Assembly (NCBI GenBank): GCA_964016885.1 | Contig: OZ024754.1 | Location: 20,088,001-20,152,000, forward strand | DNA: 64,000 nt | From: Eledone cirrhosa | Lineage: Eukaryota | Direction of reading: 5' to 3' | Shown: positions 41,631 to 57,500 of the stretch, piece after piece | Numbering within the stretch: position 1 is the first letter of the stretch | How the letters are laid out: each line of letters opens with the position of its first letter | Notes under the pieces: generated by a model | Seen by the model: only the letters and a program-made list of their open reading frames with translations | Database searches by the model: none | What the model was told of the DNA's origin: nothing | Translations under genes and position numbers: made by a program

Positions 41631-44169
41631 AGTCACTTGCCAGACATGTACAACTGTGGCTAAAATGACTCTTCCATGACATAGTTACTTTAGTTTCAAC
41701 ACAGTTTCAGATCAGGTCACTTGCCAGACACGTACGAATGTGGCTAAAATGACTCTTCCATGATATAGTTACTTTAGTTTCAACACAGTTTCAGATCAGG
41801 TCACTTGCCGGACACGTACCACTGTGGCTAGAATGACTCTTCCATGATATAGTTACTTTAGTTTCAACACAGTTTCAGATCAAGTCACTTGCCAGACATG
41901 TACAACTGTGGCTAAAATGACTCTTCCATGATATAGTTACTTTAGTTTCAACACAATCTCAGATCCTGTCATTTGCGAGACATGTACAACTGTGGCTAAA
42001 ATGATGCTTATATGATATAGTTACTTTAGTTTTCAAACAGTCTTAGATCAAGTCACTTGCTAGACATGTATAACTGTGGCTAAAATGACACTTCCATGAT
42101 ATAGTTACTTTATTTTCAACACAGTCTCAGATCAACTCACTTGCCAGACATGTACATCTGTGGCTAAAATCGCTCTTCCATGATACAGTTACTTTAGTTT
42201 CAACACAATCTCAGATCAAGTCACTTGCCAGATATGTACCACTGTGGCTAAAATGACTCTTTCTTGGTATAGTTAATTTAGTTTCAACACAATCTCAGAT
42301 CAAGTTACTTGCCAGACATGTACAACTGTGGCTAAAATGACTCTTGCATGATATAGTTACTTTAGTTTCAACACAGTTTCAGACCAGGTCACTTGCCAGA
42401 CAGGTACCACTGTGGCTAAAATGACTCTTCCATGATATAGTTACTTTAGTTTCAACACGGTCTTAGATCAAGTCACTTGCCAGACTGTGGCTAAAATGAC
42501 TCTTCCATGATATAGTTACTTTAGTTTTCAAACAGTCTCAGATCAAGTCACTTGCTAGACATGTATAACTGTGGCTAAAATGACTCTTCCATGATATAGT
42601 TACTTTAGTTTCAACACATTCTCAGATCAAGTCACTTCCGAGACATGTACAACTTTGGCTAAAATGACTCTTCCATGATATAGTTACTTTAGTTTCAACA
42701 CAGTTTCAGATCAAGTCACTTCCGAGACACGTACCACTGTGGCTGAAATGACTCTTCCATGATATAGTTACTTTAGTTTCAACACAGTCACAGATCAAGT
42801 CACTTGCCAGACATGTACAACTGTGGCTAAAATGACTCTTCCATGATATAGTTACTTTAGTTTCAACACAGTCTCAGTACACGTCACTTGCCAGACATGT
42901 ACAACTGTGGCTAAAATCGCTCTTCCATGATACAGTTACTTTAGTCTCAACACAATCTCAGATCAAGTCACTTGCCAGACATGTACGACTGTGGCTAAAA
43001 TGACTCTTCCTTGGTATAGTTACTTTAGTTTCAACACAATCTCAGATCAAGTTACTTGCCAGACATGTACAACTGTGGCTAAAATGACTCTTCCATGATA
43101 TAGTTACTTTAGTTTCAACGACAATCTCAGATCCTGTCACTTGCGAGACATGTACAACTGTGGCTAAAATGACTCTTCCATGATATAGTTACTTTAGTTT
43201 CAACACGGTCTTAGATCAAGTCACTTGCCAGACTGTGGCTAAAATGACTCTTCCATGATATAGTTACTTTAGTTTTCAAACAGTCTCAGATCAAGTCACT
43301 TGCTAGACATGTATAACTGTGGCTAAAATGACTCTTCCATGATATAGCTACTTTAGTTTCAACACAATCTCAGATCAAGTCACTTGCCAGACATGTACAA
43401 CTGTGGCTAAAATGACTCTTCCAGGACATAGTTACTTTAGTTTAAACATAGTCACAGATCATGTCACTTGCCAGACATGTACAACTGTGGCTAAAATGAC
43501 TCTTCCATGACATAGTTACTTTAGTTTCAACACAGTTTCAGATCAGGTCACTTGCCAGACACGTACGAATGTGGCTAAAATGACTCTTCCATGATATAGT
43601 TACTTTAGTTTCAACACAGTTTCAGTACAGGTCATTTGCCGGACACGTACCACTGTGGCTAAAATGACTCTTCCATGATATAGTTACTTTAGTTTCAACA
43701 CAGTTTCAGATCAGGTCACTTGCCAGACACGTACCACTGTGGCTAAAATGACTCTTCCATGATATAGTTACTTTAGTTTCAACACAGTCACAGATCAAGT
43801 CACTTGCCAGACATGTACAACTGTGGCTAAAATGACTCTTCTATGATATAGTTACTTTAGTTTCAACACAATCTCAGATCCTGTCATTTGCGAGACATGT
43901 ACAACTGTGGCTAAAATGACTCTTCCATGATATAGTTACTTTAGTTTCAACACAGTCTCAGATCAACTCACTTGCCAGACATGTACAACTGTGGCTAAAA
44001 TGACTCTTCCATGATATAGTTACTTTAGTTTCAACACAGTCTCAGATCAACTCACTTGCCAGACATGTACAACTGTGGCTAAAATGACTCTTCCATGATA
44101 TAGTTACTTTAGTTTCAACACAGTTTCAGATCAAGTCACTTGCCAGACATGTACAACTGTGGCTAAAAT

Positions 44170-46600
44170 CGCTCTTCCATGATACAGTTACTTTAGTTTC
44201 AACACAATCTCAGATCAAGTTACTGGCCAGACATGTACAACTGTGGCTAAAATGACTCTTCCATGATATAGTTACTTTAGTTTCAACACAATCTCAGATC
44301 CTGTCACTTGCGAGACATGTACAACTGTGGCTAAAATAACTCTTCCATGATATAGTTACTTTAGTTTCAACACGGTCTTAGATCAAGTCACTTGCCAGAC
44401 TGTGGCTAAAATGACTCTTCCATGATATAGTTACTTTAGTTTTCAAACAGTCTCAGATCAAGTCACTTGCTAGACATGTATAACTGTGGCTAAAATGACT
44501 CTTCCATGATATAGTTACTTTAGTTTCAACACAATCTCAGATGAAGTCACTTGCCAGACATGTACAACTGCGGCTAAAATGACTCTTCCAGGACATAGTT
44601 ACTTTAGTTTAAACATAGTCACAGATCAAGTCACTTGCCAGACATGTACAACTGTGGCTAAAATGACTCTTCCATGACATAGTTACTTTAGTTTCAACAC
44701 AGTTTCAGATCAGGTCACTTGCCAGACACGTACGAATGTGGCTAAAATGACTCTTCCACGATATAGTTACTTTAGTTTCAACACAGTTTCACATCAAATC
44801 ACTTGCTAGACATGTATAAATGTGGCTAAAATGACTCTTCCATGATATAGTTACTTTAGTTTCAACACAGTTTCACATCAAATCACTTGCCAGACATGTA
44901 CAACTGTGGCTAAAATGACTCTTCCATGATATAGTTACTTTAGTTTCAACACATTCTCAGATCAAGTCACTTCCGAGACATGTACAACTGTGGCTAAAAT
45001 GACGCTTCTATGATATAGTTACTTTAGTTTTCAAACAGTCTTAGATCAAGTCACTTGCTAGACATGTATAACTGTGGCTAAAATGACTCTTCCATGATAT
45101 AGTTACTTTAGTTTTCAAACAGTCTCAGAACAAGTCACTTGCTAGACATGTATAAATGTGGCTAAAATGACTCTTCCATGATATAGTTACTTTAGTTTCA
45201 ACACAATCTCAGATCAAGTCACTTGCCAGACATGTACAACTGTGGCTAAAATGACTCTTCCTTGGTATAGTTACTTTAGTTTCAACACAATCTCAGATCA
45301 AGTTACTTGCCAGATATGTACAACTGTGGCTAAAATGACTCTTCCATGATATAGTTACTTTAGTTTCAACACAGTTTCAGATCAGGTCACTTGCCAGACA
45401 TGTACCACTGTGGCTAAAATGACTCTTCCATGATATAGTTACTTTAGTTTCAACACAATCTCAGATCAAGTTACTGGCCAGACATGTACAACTGTGGCTA
45501 AAATGACTCTTCCATGATATAGTTACTTTAGTTTCAACACAATCTCAGATCCTGTCACTTGCGAGACATGTACAACTGTGGCTAAAATAACTCTTCCATG
45601 ATATAGTTACTTTAGTTTCAACACGGTCTTAGATCAAGTCACTTGCCAGACTGTGGCTAAAATGACTCTTCCATGATATAGTTACTTTAGTTTTCAAACA
45701 GTCTCAGATCAAGTCACTTGCTAGACATGTATAACTGTGGCTAAAATGACTCTTCCATGATATAGTTACTTTAGTTTCAACACAATCTCAGATGAAGTCA
45801 CTTGCCAGACATGTACAACTGTGGCTAAAATGACTCTTCCATGACATAGTTACTTTAGTTTCAACACAGTTTCAGATCAGGTCACTTGCCAGACACGTAC
45901 GAATGTGGCTAAAATGACTCTTCCATGATATAGTTACTTTAGTTTCAACACAGTTTCACATCAAATCACTTGCTAGACATGTATAAATGTGGCTAAAATG
46001 ACTCTTCCATGATATAGTTACTTTAGTTTCAACACAGTTTCACATCAAATCACTTGCCAGACATGTACAACTGTGGCTAAAATGACTCTTCCATGATATA
46101 GTTACTTTAGTTTCAACACATTCTCAGATCAAGTCACTTCCGAGACATGTACAACTGTGGCTAAAATGACGCTTCTATGATATAGTTACTTTAGTTTTCA
46201 AACAGTCTTAGATCAAGTCACTTCCCAGACATGTACAACTGTGGCTAAAATGACTCTTCCATGATATAGTTACTTTAGTTTCAACACAATCTCAGATCAA
46301 GTCACTTGCCAGACATGTACAACTGTGGCTAAAATGACTCTTCCTTGGTATAGTTACTTTAGTTTCAACACAATCTCAGATCAAGTTACTTGCCAGATAT
46401 GTACAACTGTGGCTAAAATGACTCTTCCATGATATAGTTACTTTAGTTTCAACACAGTTTCAGATCAGGTCACTTGCCAGACATGTACCACTGTGGCTAA
46501 AATGACTCTTCCATGATATAGTTACTTTAGTTTCAACACAGTTTCACATCAAATCACTTGCCAGACATGTACAACTGTGGCTAAAATGACTCTTCCATTA
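44170..46600 (+). repeat. Tandem duplication of about 1.2 kb (15-mer, 1251 bp, shrinking by whole monomers)
   Basis: GATGAAG at 44540/45791 (+1251) and CATCAAATC at 44792/45959 (+1167). TTACTGGCC and TATAAATGT variants are shared. Confidence 0.82.
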
Positions 46601-48899
46601 TATAGTTACTTTAGTTTCAACACATTCTCAGATCAAGTCACTTCCGAGACATGTACAACTGTGGCTAAAATGACTCTTCCATGATATAGTTACTTTAGTT
46701 TTCAAACAGTCTCAGATCAAGTCACTTGCTAGACATGTATAACTGTGGCTAAAATGACTCTTCCATGATATAGTTACTTTAGTTTCAACACAGTTTCAGA
46801 TCAAGTCACTTCCGAGACACGTACCACTGTGGCTGAAATGACTCTTCCATGATATATTTACTTTAGTTTCAACACAGTCACAGATCAAGTCACTTGCCAG
46901 ACATGTACAACTGTGGCTAAAATGAATCTTCCATGATATAGTTACTTTAGTTTCAACACAATCTCAGATCCTGTCATTTGCGAGACATGTACAACTCTGG
47001 CTAAAATGACTCTTCCATGATATAGTTACTTTAGTTTCAACACGGTCTTAGATCAAGTCACTTGCCAGACTGTGGCTAAAATGACTCTTCCATGATATAG
47101 TTACTTTTGTTTCAACACAGTCTCAGTTCAAGTCACTTGTCATACATGTACAACTGTGGCTAAAATGACTCTTCCATGATATAGTTACTTTAGTTTCAAC
47201 ACAATCTCACATCAAGTCACTTGCCAGACATGTACAACTGTGACTAAAATGACTCTTCCATGATATAGTTACTTTAGTTTCAACACAATCTCACATCAAG
47301 TCACTTGCCAGACATCTACAACTGTGACTAAAATGACTCTTCCATGATATAGTTACTTTAGTTTCAACACAGTCACAGATCAAGTCACTTGCCAGACATG
47401 TACAACTATGGCTCAAATGACTCTTCCATGATATAGTTACTTTAGTTTCAACACAGTCTCAGATCAACTCACTTGTCATACATGTACAACTGTGGCTAAA
47501 ATGACTCTTCCATGATATAGTTACTTTAGTTTCAACACAGTTTCAGATCAGGTCACTTGCCAGACACGTACGAATGTGGCTAAAATGACTCTTCCATGAT
47601 ATAGTTACTTTAGTTTCAACACAGTCTCAGATCAACTCACTTGTCATACATGTACCACTGTGGCTAAAATGACTCTTCCATGATATAGTTACTTTAGTTT
47701 CAACACAGTTTCACATCAAGTCACTTGCCAGACATATACAACTGTGGCTAAAATGACTCTTCCGTGATATATTTACTTTAGTTTCAACACAGTCTCAGAT
47801 CAGGTCACTTACCAGACACGTACCACTGTGGCTAAAATGACTCTTCCATGATATAGTTACTTTAGTTTCAACACAATCTCAGAGCCTGTCACTTGCGAGA
47901 CATGTACAACTGTGGCTAAAATGACTCTTCCATGATATAGTTACTTTAGTTTCAACACAGTCTTAGATCAAGTCACTTGCCAGACTGTGGCTAAAATGAC
48001 TCTTCTGTGATATAGTTACTTTAGTTTCAACACAGTCTCAGATTAAGTCACTTGTCATACATGTACAACTGTGGCTAAAATGACTCTTCCATGATATAGT
48101 TACTTTAGTTTCAACACAATCTCAGATCAAGTCACTTGCCAGACATGTACAACTCTGACTAAAATGACTCTTCCATGATATAGTTACTTTAGTTTCAACA
48201 CAGTTTCAGATCAGGTTACTTGCCAAACATGAACAACTGTGGCTAAAATGACTCTTCCATGATATAATTACTTTAGTTTCAACACAGTCTTAGATCAAGT
48301 CACTTGCCAGACTGTGGCTAAAATGACTCTTCCATGATATAGTTACTTTAGTTTCAACACAGTCTCAGATCAAGTTACTTGCCAGACATGTACAACTATG
48401 GCTAAAATGACTCTTCCATGATATAGTTACTTTAGTTTCAACACAATCTCACATCAAGTCACTTGCCAGGCATGTACAACTGTGGTTAAAATGACTCTTC
48501 CATGATATAGTTACTTTAGTTTCAACACAATCTCAGATCCTGTCACTTGCGAGACATGTACAACTGTGGCTAAAATGACTCTTCCATGATATAGTTACTT
48601 TAGTTTCAACACGGTCACAGATCAAGTCACTTAGAAAACATGTACAACTGTGGCAAAAATAACTCTTCCATGATATAGTTACTTTAGTTTCAACACAATC
48701 TCAGATCCTGTCATTTGCGAGACATGTACAACTGTGGCTAAAATGACTCTTCCATGATATAGTTACTTTAGTTTCAACACGGTCTTAGATCAAGTCACTT
48801 GCCAGACTTTGGCTAACATGACGCTTCTATGATATAGTTACTTTAGTTTTCAAACAGTCTCAGATCAAGTCACTTGCTAGACATGTATAACTGTGGCTA

Positions 48900-51800
48900 A
48901 AATCGCTCTTCCATGATATACTTACTTTAGTTTCAACACAATCTCAGATCAAGTCACTTGCCAGACATGTACAACTGTGGCTAAAATGACTCTTCCTTGG
49001 TATAGTTACTTTAGTTTCAACACAATCTCAGATCAATTTACTTGCCAGACATGTACAACTGTGGCTAAAATGACTCTTCCATGATATAGTTTCTTTCGTT
49101 TCAACACAGTTTCAGATCAGGTCACTTGCCAGACACGTACCACTGTGGCTAAAATGACTCTTCCATGATATAGTTACTTTAGTTTCAACACAGTTTTACA
49201 TCAAGTCACTTGCCAGACATGTACAACTGTGGCTAAAATGACTCTTCCATGATATAGTTACTTTAGTTTCAACACGGTCTTAGATCGAGTCACTTGCCAG
49301 ACTGTGGCTAAAATGACTCTTCCATGATATAGTTACTTTAGTTTTCAAACAGTCTCAGATCAAGTCACTTGCTAGACATGTATAACTGTGGCTAAAATGA
49401 CTCTTCCGCGATATAGTTACTTTAGTTTCAACACAGTCACAGATCAAGGCACTTGCCAGACATGTACAACTGTGGCTAAAATGACTCTTCCATGATATAG
49501 TTACTTTAGTTTCAACACAATCTCAGATCCTGTCATTTGCGAGACATGTACAACTGTGGCTAAAATGACTCTTCCATGATATAGTTACTTTAGTTTCAAC
49601 ACGGTCTTAGATCAAGTCACTTGCCAGACTGTGGCTAAAATGACTCTTCCATGATATAGTTACTTTAGTTTCAACACAGTCTCAGATCAAGTCACTTGCT
49701 AGACATGTATAACTGTGGCTAAAATTACTTTTCCATCATATAGTTACTTTTGTTTCAACACAGTCTCAGTTCAAGTCACTTGCCAGACATGTACAACTGT
49801 GGCTAAAATGACTCTTCCATGATATAGTTACTTTAGTTTCAACACAATCTCATATCAAGTCACTTGCTAGACATGTACAACTGTGACTAAAATTACTCTT
49901 CCATGATATAGTTACTTTAGTTTCAACACAATCTCACATCAAGTCACTTGCCAGACATGTACAACTGTGACTAAAATGACTCTTCCAGGACATAGTTACT
50001 TTAGTTTCAACATAGTCACAGATCCTGTCACTTGCCAGACATGTACAACTGTGGCTAAAATGACTCTTCCATGACATAGTTACTTTAGTTTCAACACAGT
50101 TTCAGATCAGGTCACTTGCCAGACACGTACGAATGTGGCTAAAATGACTCTTCCATGATATAGTTACTTTAGTTTCAACACAGTTTCAGATCAGGTCACT
50201 TGCCAGACACGTACCACTGTGGCTAAAATGACTCTTCCATGATATAGTTACTTTAGTTTCAACACAGTTTCAGATCAGGTCACTTGCCAGACACGTACCA
50301 CTGTGGCTAAAATGACTCTTCCATGATATAGTTACTTTAGTTTCAACACAGTCACAGATCAAGTCACTTGCCAGACATGTACAACTGTGGCTAAAATGAC
50401 TCTTCCATGATATAGATACTTTAGTTTCAACACAGTCTCAGTACAAGTCACTTGCCAGACATGTGCAACTGTGGCTAAAATGACACTTCCATGATATAGT
50501 TACTTTAGTTTCAACACAGTCTCAGATCAACTCACTTGCCAGACATGTACAACTGTGGCTAAAATCGCTCTTCCATGATACAGTTACTTTAGTTTCAACA
50601 CAATCTCAGATCAAGTCACTTGCCAGACATGTACGACTGTGGCTAAAATGACTCTTCCTTGGTATAGTTACTTTAGTTTCAACACAATCTCAGATCAAGT
50701 TACTTGCCAGACATGTACAACTGTGGCTAAAATGACTCTTCCATGATATAGTTACTTTAGTTTCAACTCAATCTCAGATCAAGTCACTTGCCAGACATGT
50801 ACAACTGTGGCTAAAATGACTCTTCCAGGACATAGTTACTTTAGTTTCAACATAGTCACAGATCAAGTCACTTGCCAGACATGTACAACTGTGGCTAAAA
50901 TAACTCTTCCATGACATAGTTACTTTAGTTTCAACACAGTTTCAGATCAGGTCACTTGCCAGACACGTACCACTGTGGCTAAAATGACTCTTCCATGATA
51001 TAGTTACTTTAGTTTCAACACAGTTTCACATCAAGTCACTTGCCAGACATGTACAACTGTGGCTAAAATGACACTTCCATGATATAGTTAATTTAGTTTC
51101 AACACAATCTCAGATACTGTCACTTGCGAGACATGTACAACTGTGGCTAAAATGACTCTTCCATGATATAGTTACTTTAGTTTTCAAACAGGCTCAGATC
51201 AAGTCACTTGCTAGACATGTATAACTGTGGCTAAAATGACTCTTCCATGATATAGTTACTTTAGTTTCAACACAGTTTCACATCAGGTCACTTGCCAGAC
51301 ACGTACCACTGTGGCTAAAATTACTCTTCCATGATATAGTTACTTTAGTTTCAACACAGTCACAGATCAAGTCACTTGCCAGACATGTACAACTGTGGCT
51401 AAAATAACTCTTCCATGATATAGTTACTTTAGTTTCAACACAATCTCAGATCCTGTCATTTGCAAGACATGTACGACTGTGGCTAAAATGACTCTTCCAT
51501 GATATAGTTACTTTAGTTTCAACACGGTCTTAGATCAAGTCACTTGCCAGACTGTGGCTAAAATGACGCTTCTATGATATAGTTACTTTAGTTTTCAAAC
51601 AGTCTCAGATCAAGTCACTTGCTAGACATGTATAACTGTGGCTAAAATTACTCTTCCATGATATAGTTACTTTAGTTTCAACACAGTCTCAGTTCAAGTC
51701 ACTTGCCAGACATGTACAACTGTGGCTAAAATGACACTTCCATGATATAGTTACTTTAGTTTCAACACAGTCTCAGATCAACTCACTTGCCAGACATGTA

Positions 51801-54800
51801 CAACTGTGGCTAAAATGACTCTTCCATGATATAGTTACTTTAGTTTCAACACAATCTCAGATCAAGTCACTTGCCAGACATGTACAACTGTGGCTAAAAT
51901 GATTCTTCCAGGACATAGTTACTTTAGTTTCAACACAGTTTCAGATCAGGTCACTTGCCAGACACGTACCGCTGTGGCTAAAATGACTCTTCCATGATAT
52001 AGTTACTTTAGTTTCAACACAGTTTCAGATCAGGTCACTTGCCAGACACGTACCACTGTGGCTAAAATGACTCTTCCATGATATAGTTACTTTAGTTTCA
52101 ACACAGTTTTACATCAAGTCACTTGCCAGATATGTACAACTGTGGCTAAAAGGACACTTCCATGATATAGTTAATTTAGTTTCAACGCAATCTCAGATCC
52201 TGTCACTTGCGAGACATGTACAACTGTGGCTAAAATGACTCTTCCATGATATAGTTACTTTAGTTTCAACACGGTCTTAGATCAAGTCACTTGCCAGACT
52301 GTGGCTAAAATGACTCTTCCATGATATAGTTACTTTAGTTTTCAAACAGTCTCAGATCAAGTCACTTGCTAGACATGTATAACTATGGCTAAAATGACTC
52401 TTCCATGATATAGTTACTTTAGTTTCAACACAGTTTCAGATCAGGTCACTTGCCAGACACGTACCACTGTGGCTAAAATTACTCTTCCATGATATAGTTA
52501 CTTTAGTTTCAACACAGTCACAGATCAAGTCACTTAGAAAACTTGTACAACTGTGGCTAAAATAACTCTTCCATGATATAGTTACTTTAGTTTCAACACA
52601 ATCTCAGATCCTGTCATTTGCGAGACATGTACAACTGTGGCTAAAATGACTCTTCCATGATATAGTTACTTTAGTTTCAACACAGTCACAGATCAAGTCA
52701 CTTGCCAGACATGTACAACTGTGGCTAAAATGACTCTTCCATGATATAGTTACTTTAATTTCAACACAATCTCAGATCCTGTCATTTGCGAGACATGTAC
52801 AACTGTGGCTAAAATGACTCTTCCATGATATAGTTACTTTAGTTTCAACACGGTCTTAGATCAAGTCACTTGCCAGACTGTGGCTAAAATGACTCTTCCA
52901 TGATATAGTTACTTTAGTTTCAACACAGTCTCAGATCAAGTCACTTGCTAGACATGTATAACTGTGGCTAACATTACTTTTCCATCATATAGTTACTTTT
53001 GTTTCAACACAGTCTCAGTTCAAGTCACTTGTCATACATGTACAACTGTGGCTAAAATGACTCTTCCATGATATAGTTACTTTAGTTTCAACACAATCTC
53101 AGATCAAGTCACTTGCTAGACATGTACAACTGTGACTAAAATTACTCTTCCATGATATAGTTACTTTAGTTTCAACACAATCTCACATCAAGTCACTTGC
53201 CAGACATGTACAACTGTGACTAAAATGACTCTTCCAGGACATAGTTACTTTAGTTTCAACATAGTCACAGATCAAGTCACTTGCCAGACATGTACATCTG
53301 TGGCTAAAATGACTCTTCCATGATATAGTTACTTTAGTTTCAACACAGTTTCAGATCATGTCACTTGCCAGACACGTACGAATGTGGCTAAAATGACTCT
53401 TCCATGATATAGTTACTTTAGTTTCAACACAGTTTCAGATCAGGTCACTTGCCAGACACGTACTACTGTGGCTAAAATGACTCTTCCATGATATAGTTAC
53501 TTTAGTTTCAACACAGTTTCAGATCAGGTCACTTGCCAGACACGTACCACTGTGGCTAAAATTACTCTTCCATGATATAGTTACTTTAGTTTCAACACAG
53601 TCTCAGTTCAAGTCACTTGCCAGACATGAACAACTGTGGCTAAAATGACACTTCCATGATATAGTTACTTTAGTTTCAACACAGTCTCAGATCAACTCAC
53701 TTTCCAGACATGTACAACTGTGGCTAAAATCGCTCTTCCATGATATACTTACTTTAGTTTCAACACAATCTCAGATCAAGTCACTTGCCAGACATGTACA
53801 ACTGTGGCTAATTGACTCTTCCTTGGTATAGTTACTTTTGTTTCAACACAATCTCAGATCAATTTACTTGCCAGACATGTACAACTGTGGCTAAAATGAC
53901 TCTTCCATGATATAGTTTCTTTCGTTTCAACACAGTTTCAGATCAGGTCACTTGCCAGACACGTACCACTGTGGCTAAAATGACTCTTCCATGATATAGT
54001 TACTTTAGTTTCAACACAGTTTTACATCAAGTCACTTGCCAGACATGTACAACTGTGGCTAAAATGACTCTTCCATGATATAGTTACTTTAGTTTCAACA
54101 CGGTCTTAGATCGAGTCACTTGCCAGACTGTGGCTAAAATGACTCTTCCATGATATAGTTACTTTAGTTTTCAAACAGTCTCAGATCAAGTCACTTGCTA
54201 GACATGTATAACTGTGGCTAAAATGACTCTTCCGCGATATAGTTACTTTAGTTTCAACACAGTCACAGATCAAGGCACTTGCCAGACATGTACAACTGTG
54301 GCTAAAATGACTCTTCCATGATATAGTTACTTTAGTTTCAACACGGTCTTAGATCAAGTCACTTGCCAGACTGTGACTAAAATTACTCTTCCATGATATA
54401 GTTACTTTAGTTTCAACACAATCTCACATCAAGTCACTTGCCAGACATGTACAACTGTGACTAAAATGACTCTTCCAGGACATAGTTACTTTAGTTTCAA
54501 CATAGTCACAGATCAAGTCACTTGCCAGACATGTACAACTGTGGCTAAAATGACTCTTCCATGACATAGTTACTTTAGTTTCAACACAGTTTCAGATCAG
54601 GTCACTTGCCAGACACGTACGAATGTGTCTAAAATGACTCTTCCATGATATAGTTACTTTAGTTTCAACACAGTTTCAGATCAGGTCACTTGCCAGACAC
54701 GTACCACTGTGGCTAAAATGACTCTTCCATGATATAGTTACTTTAGTTTCAACACAGTTTCAGATCGGGTCACTTGCCAGACACGTACCACTGTGGCTAA

Positions 54801-57500
54801 AATGACTCTTCCATGATATAGTTACTTTAGTTTCAACACAGTCACAGATCAAGTCACTTGCCAGACATGTACAACTGTGGCTAAAATGACTCTTCCATGA
54901 TATAGATACTTTAGTTTCAACACAGTCTCAGTACAAGTCACTTGCCAGACATGTGCAACTGTGGCTAAAATGACACTTCCATGATATAGTTACTTTAGTT
55001 TCAACACAGTCTCAGATCAACTCACTTGCCAGACATGTACAACTGTGGCTAAAATCGCTCTTCCATGATACAGTTACTTTAGTTTCAACACAATCTCAGA
55101 TCAAGTCACTTGCCAGACATGTACGACTGTGGCTAAAATGACTCTTCCTTGGTATAGTTACTTTAGTTTCAACACAATCTCAGATCAAGTTACTTGCTAG
55201 ACATGTACAACTGTGGCTAAAATGACTCTTCCATGATATAGTTACTTTAGTTTCAACTCAATCTCAGATCAAGTCACTTGCCAGACATGTACAACTGTGG
55301 CTAAAATGACTCTTCCAGGACATAGTTACTTTAGTTTCAACATAGTCACAGATCAAGTCACTTGCCAGACATGTACAACTGTGGCTAAAATAACTCTTCC
55401 ATGACATAGTTACTTTAGTTTCAACACAGTTTCTGATCAGGTCACTTGCCAGACACGTACCACTGTGGCTAAAATGACACTTCCATGATATAGTTACTTT
55501 AGTTTCAACACAGTTTCACATCAAGTCACTTGCCAGACATGTACAACTGTGGCTAAAATGACACTTCCATGATATAGTTAATTTAGTTTCAACACAATCT
55601 CAGATACTGTCACTTGCGAGACATGTACAACTGTGGCTAAAATGACTCTTCCATGATATAGTTACTTTAGTTTTCAAACAGGCTCAGATCAAGTCACTTG
55701 CTAGACATGTATAACTGTGGCTAAAATGACTCTTCCATGATATAGTTACTTTAGTTTCAACACAGTTTCACATCAGGTCACTTGCCAGACACGTACCACT
55801 GTGGCTAAAATGACTCTTCCATGATATAGTTACTTTAGTTTCAACACAGTCACAGATCAAGTCACTTGCCAGACATGTACAACTGTGGCTAAAATGACTC
55901 TTCCATGATATAGTTACTTTAGTTTCAACACAATCTCAGATCAAGTCACTTGCCAGACATGTACAACTGTGACTAAAATGATTCTTCCAGGACATAGTTA
56001 CTTTAGTTTCAACACAATCTCAGATCCTGTCATTTGCAAGACATGTACGACTGTGGCTAAAATGACTCTTCCATGATATAGTTACTTTAGTTTCAACACG
56101 GTCTTAGATCAAGTCACTTGCCAGACTGTGGCTAAAATGACGCTTCTATGATATAGTTACTTTAGTTTTCAAACAGTCTCAGATCAAGTCACTTGCCAGA
56201 CATGTACAACTGTGACTAAAATGATTCTTCCAGGACATAGTTACTTTAGTTTCAACATAGTCACAGATCAAGTCACTTGCCAGACATGTACAACTGTGGC
56301 TAAAATGACTCTTCCATGACATAGTTACTTTAGTTTCAACACAGTTTCAGATCAGGTCACTTGCCAGACACGTACCACTGTGGCTAAAATGACTCTTCCA
56401 TGATATAGTTACTTTAGTTTCAACACAGTTTTACATCAAGTCACTTGCCAGATATGTACAACTGTGGCTAAAATGACACTTCCATGATATAGTTAATTTA
56501 GTTTCAACGCAATCTCAGATCCTGTCACTTGCGAGACATGTACAACTGTGGCTAAAATGACTCTTCCATGATATAGTTACTTTAGTTTCAACACGGTCTT
56601 AGATCAAGTCACTTGCCAGACTGTGGCTAAAATGACTCTTCCATGATATAGTTACTTTAGTTTTCAAACAGTCTCAGATCAAGTCACTTGCTAGACATGT
56701 ATAACTATGGCTAAAATGACTCTTCCATGATATAGTTACTTTAGTTTCAACACAGTTTCAGATCAGGTCACTTGCCAGACACGTACCACTGTGGCTAAAA
56801 TTACTCTTCCATGATATAGTTACTTTAGTTTCAACACAGACACAGATCAAGTCACTTAGAAAACTTGTACAACTGTGGCTAAAATAACTCTTCCATGATA
56901 TAGTTACTTTAGTTTCAACACAGTCACAGATCAAGTCACTTGCCAGACATGTACAACTGTGGCTAAAATGACTCTTCCATGATATAGTTACTTTAATTTC
57001 AACACAATCTCAGATCCTGTCATTTGCGAGACATGTACAACTGTGGCTAAAATGACTCTTCCATGATATAGTTACTTTAGTTTCAACACGGTCTTAGATC
57101 AAGTCACTTGCCAGACTGTGGCTAAAATGACTCTTCCATGATATAGTTACTTTAGTTTCAACACAGTCTCAGATCAAGTCACTTGCTAGACATGTATAAC
57201 TGTGGCTAAAATTACTTTTCCATCATATAGTTACTTTTGTTTCAACACAGTCTCAGTTCAAGTCACTTGTCATACATGTACAACTGTGGCTAAAATGACT
57301 CTTCCATGATATAGTTACTTTAGTTTCAACACAATCTCAGATTAAGTCACTTGCTAGACATGTACAACTGTGACTAAAATTACTCTTCCATGATATAGTT
57401 ACTTTAGTTTCAACACAATCTCACATCAAGTCACTTGCCAGACATGTACAACTGTGACTAAAATGACTCTTCCAGGACATAGTTACTTTGGTTTCAACAT
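48900..57500 (+). repeat. Older, degenerate duplication of about 4.2-4.8 kb with whole-monomer indels
   Basis: TAGATCGAG 49281/54107 (+4826); TATAGATACT 50411/54901 and GGCTCAGATC 51191/55681 (+4490); AACGC 52184/56506 and CACTTAGAAAACTTG 52531/56853 (+4322); CTTTAATT 52753/56991 (+4238). Confidence 0.87.
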
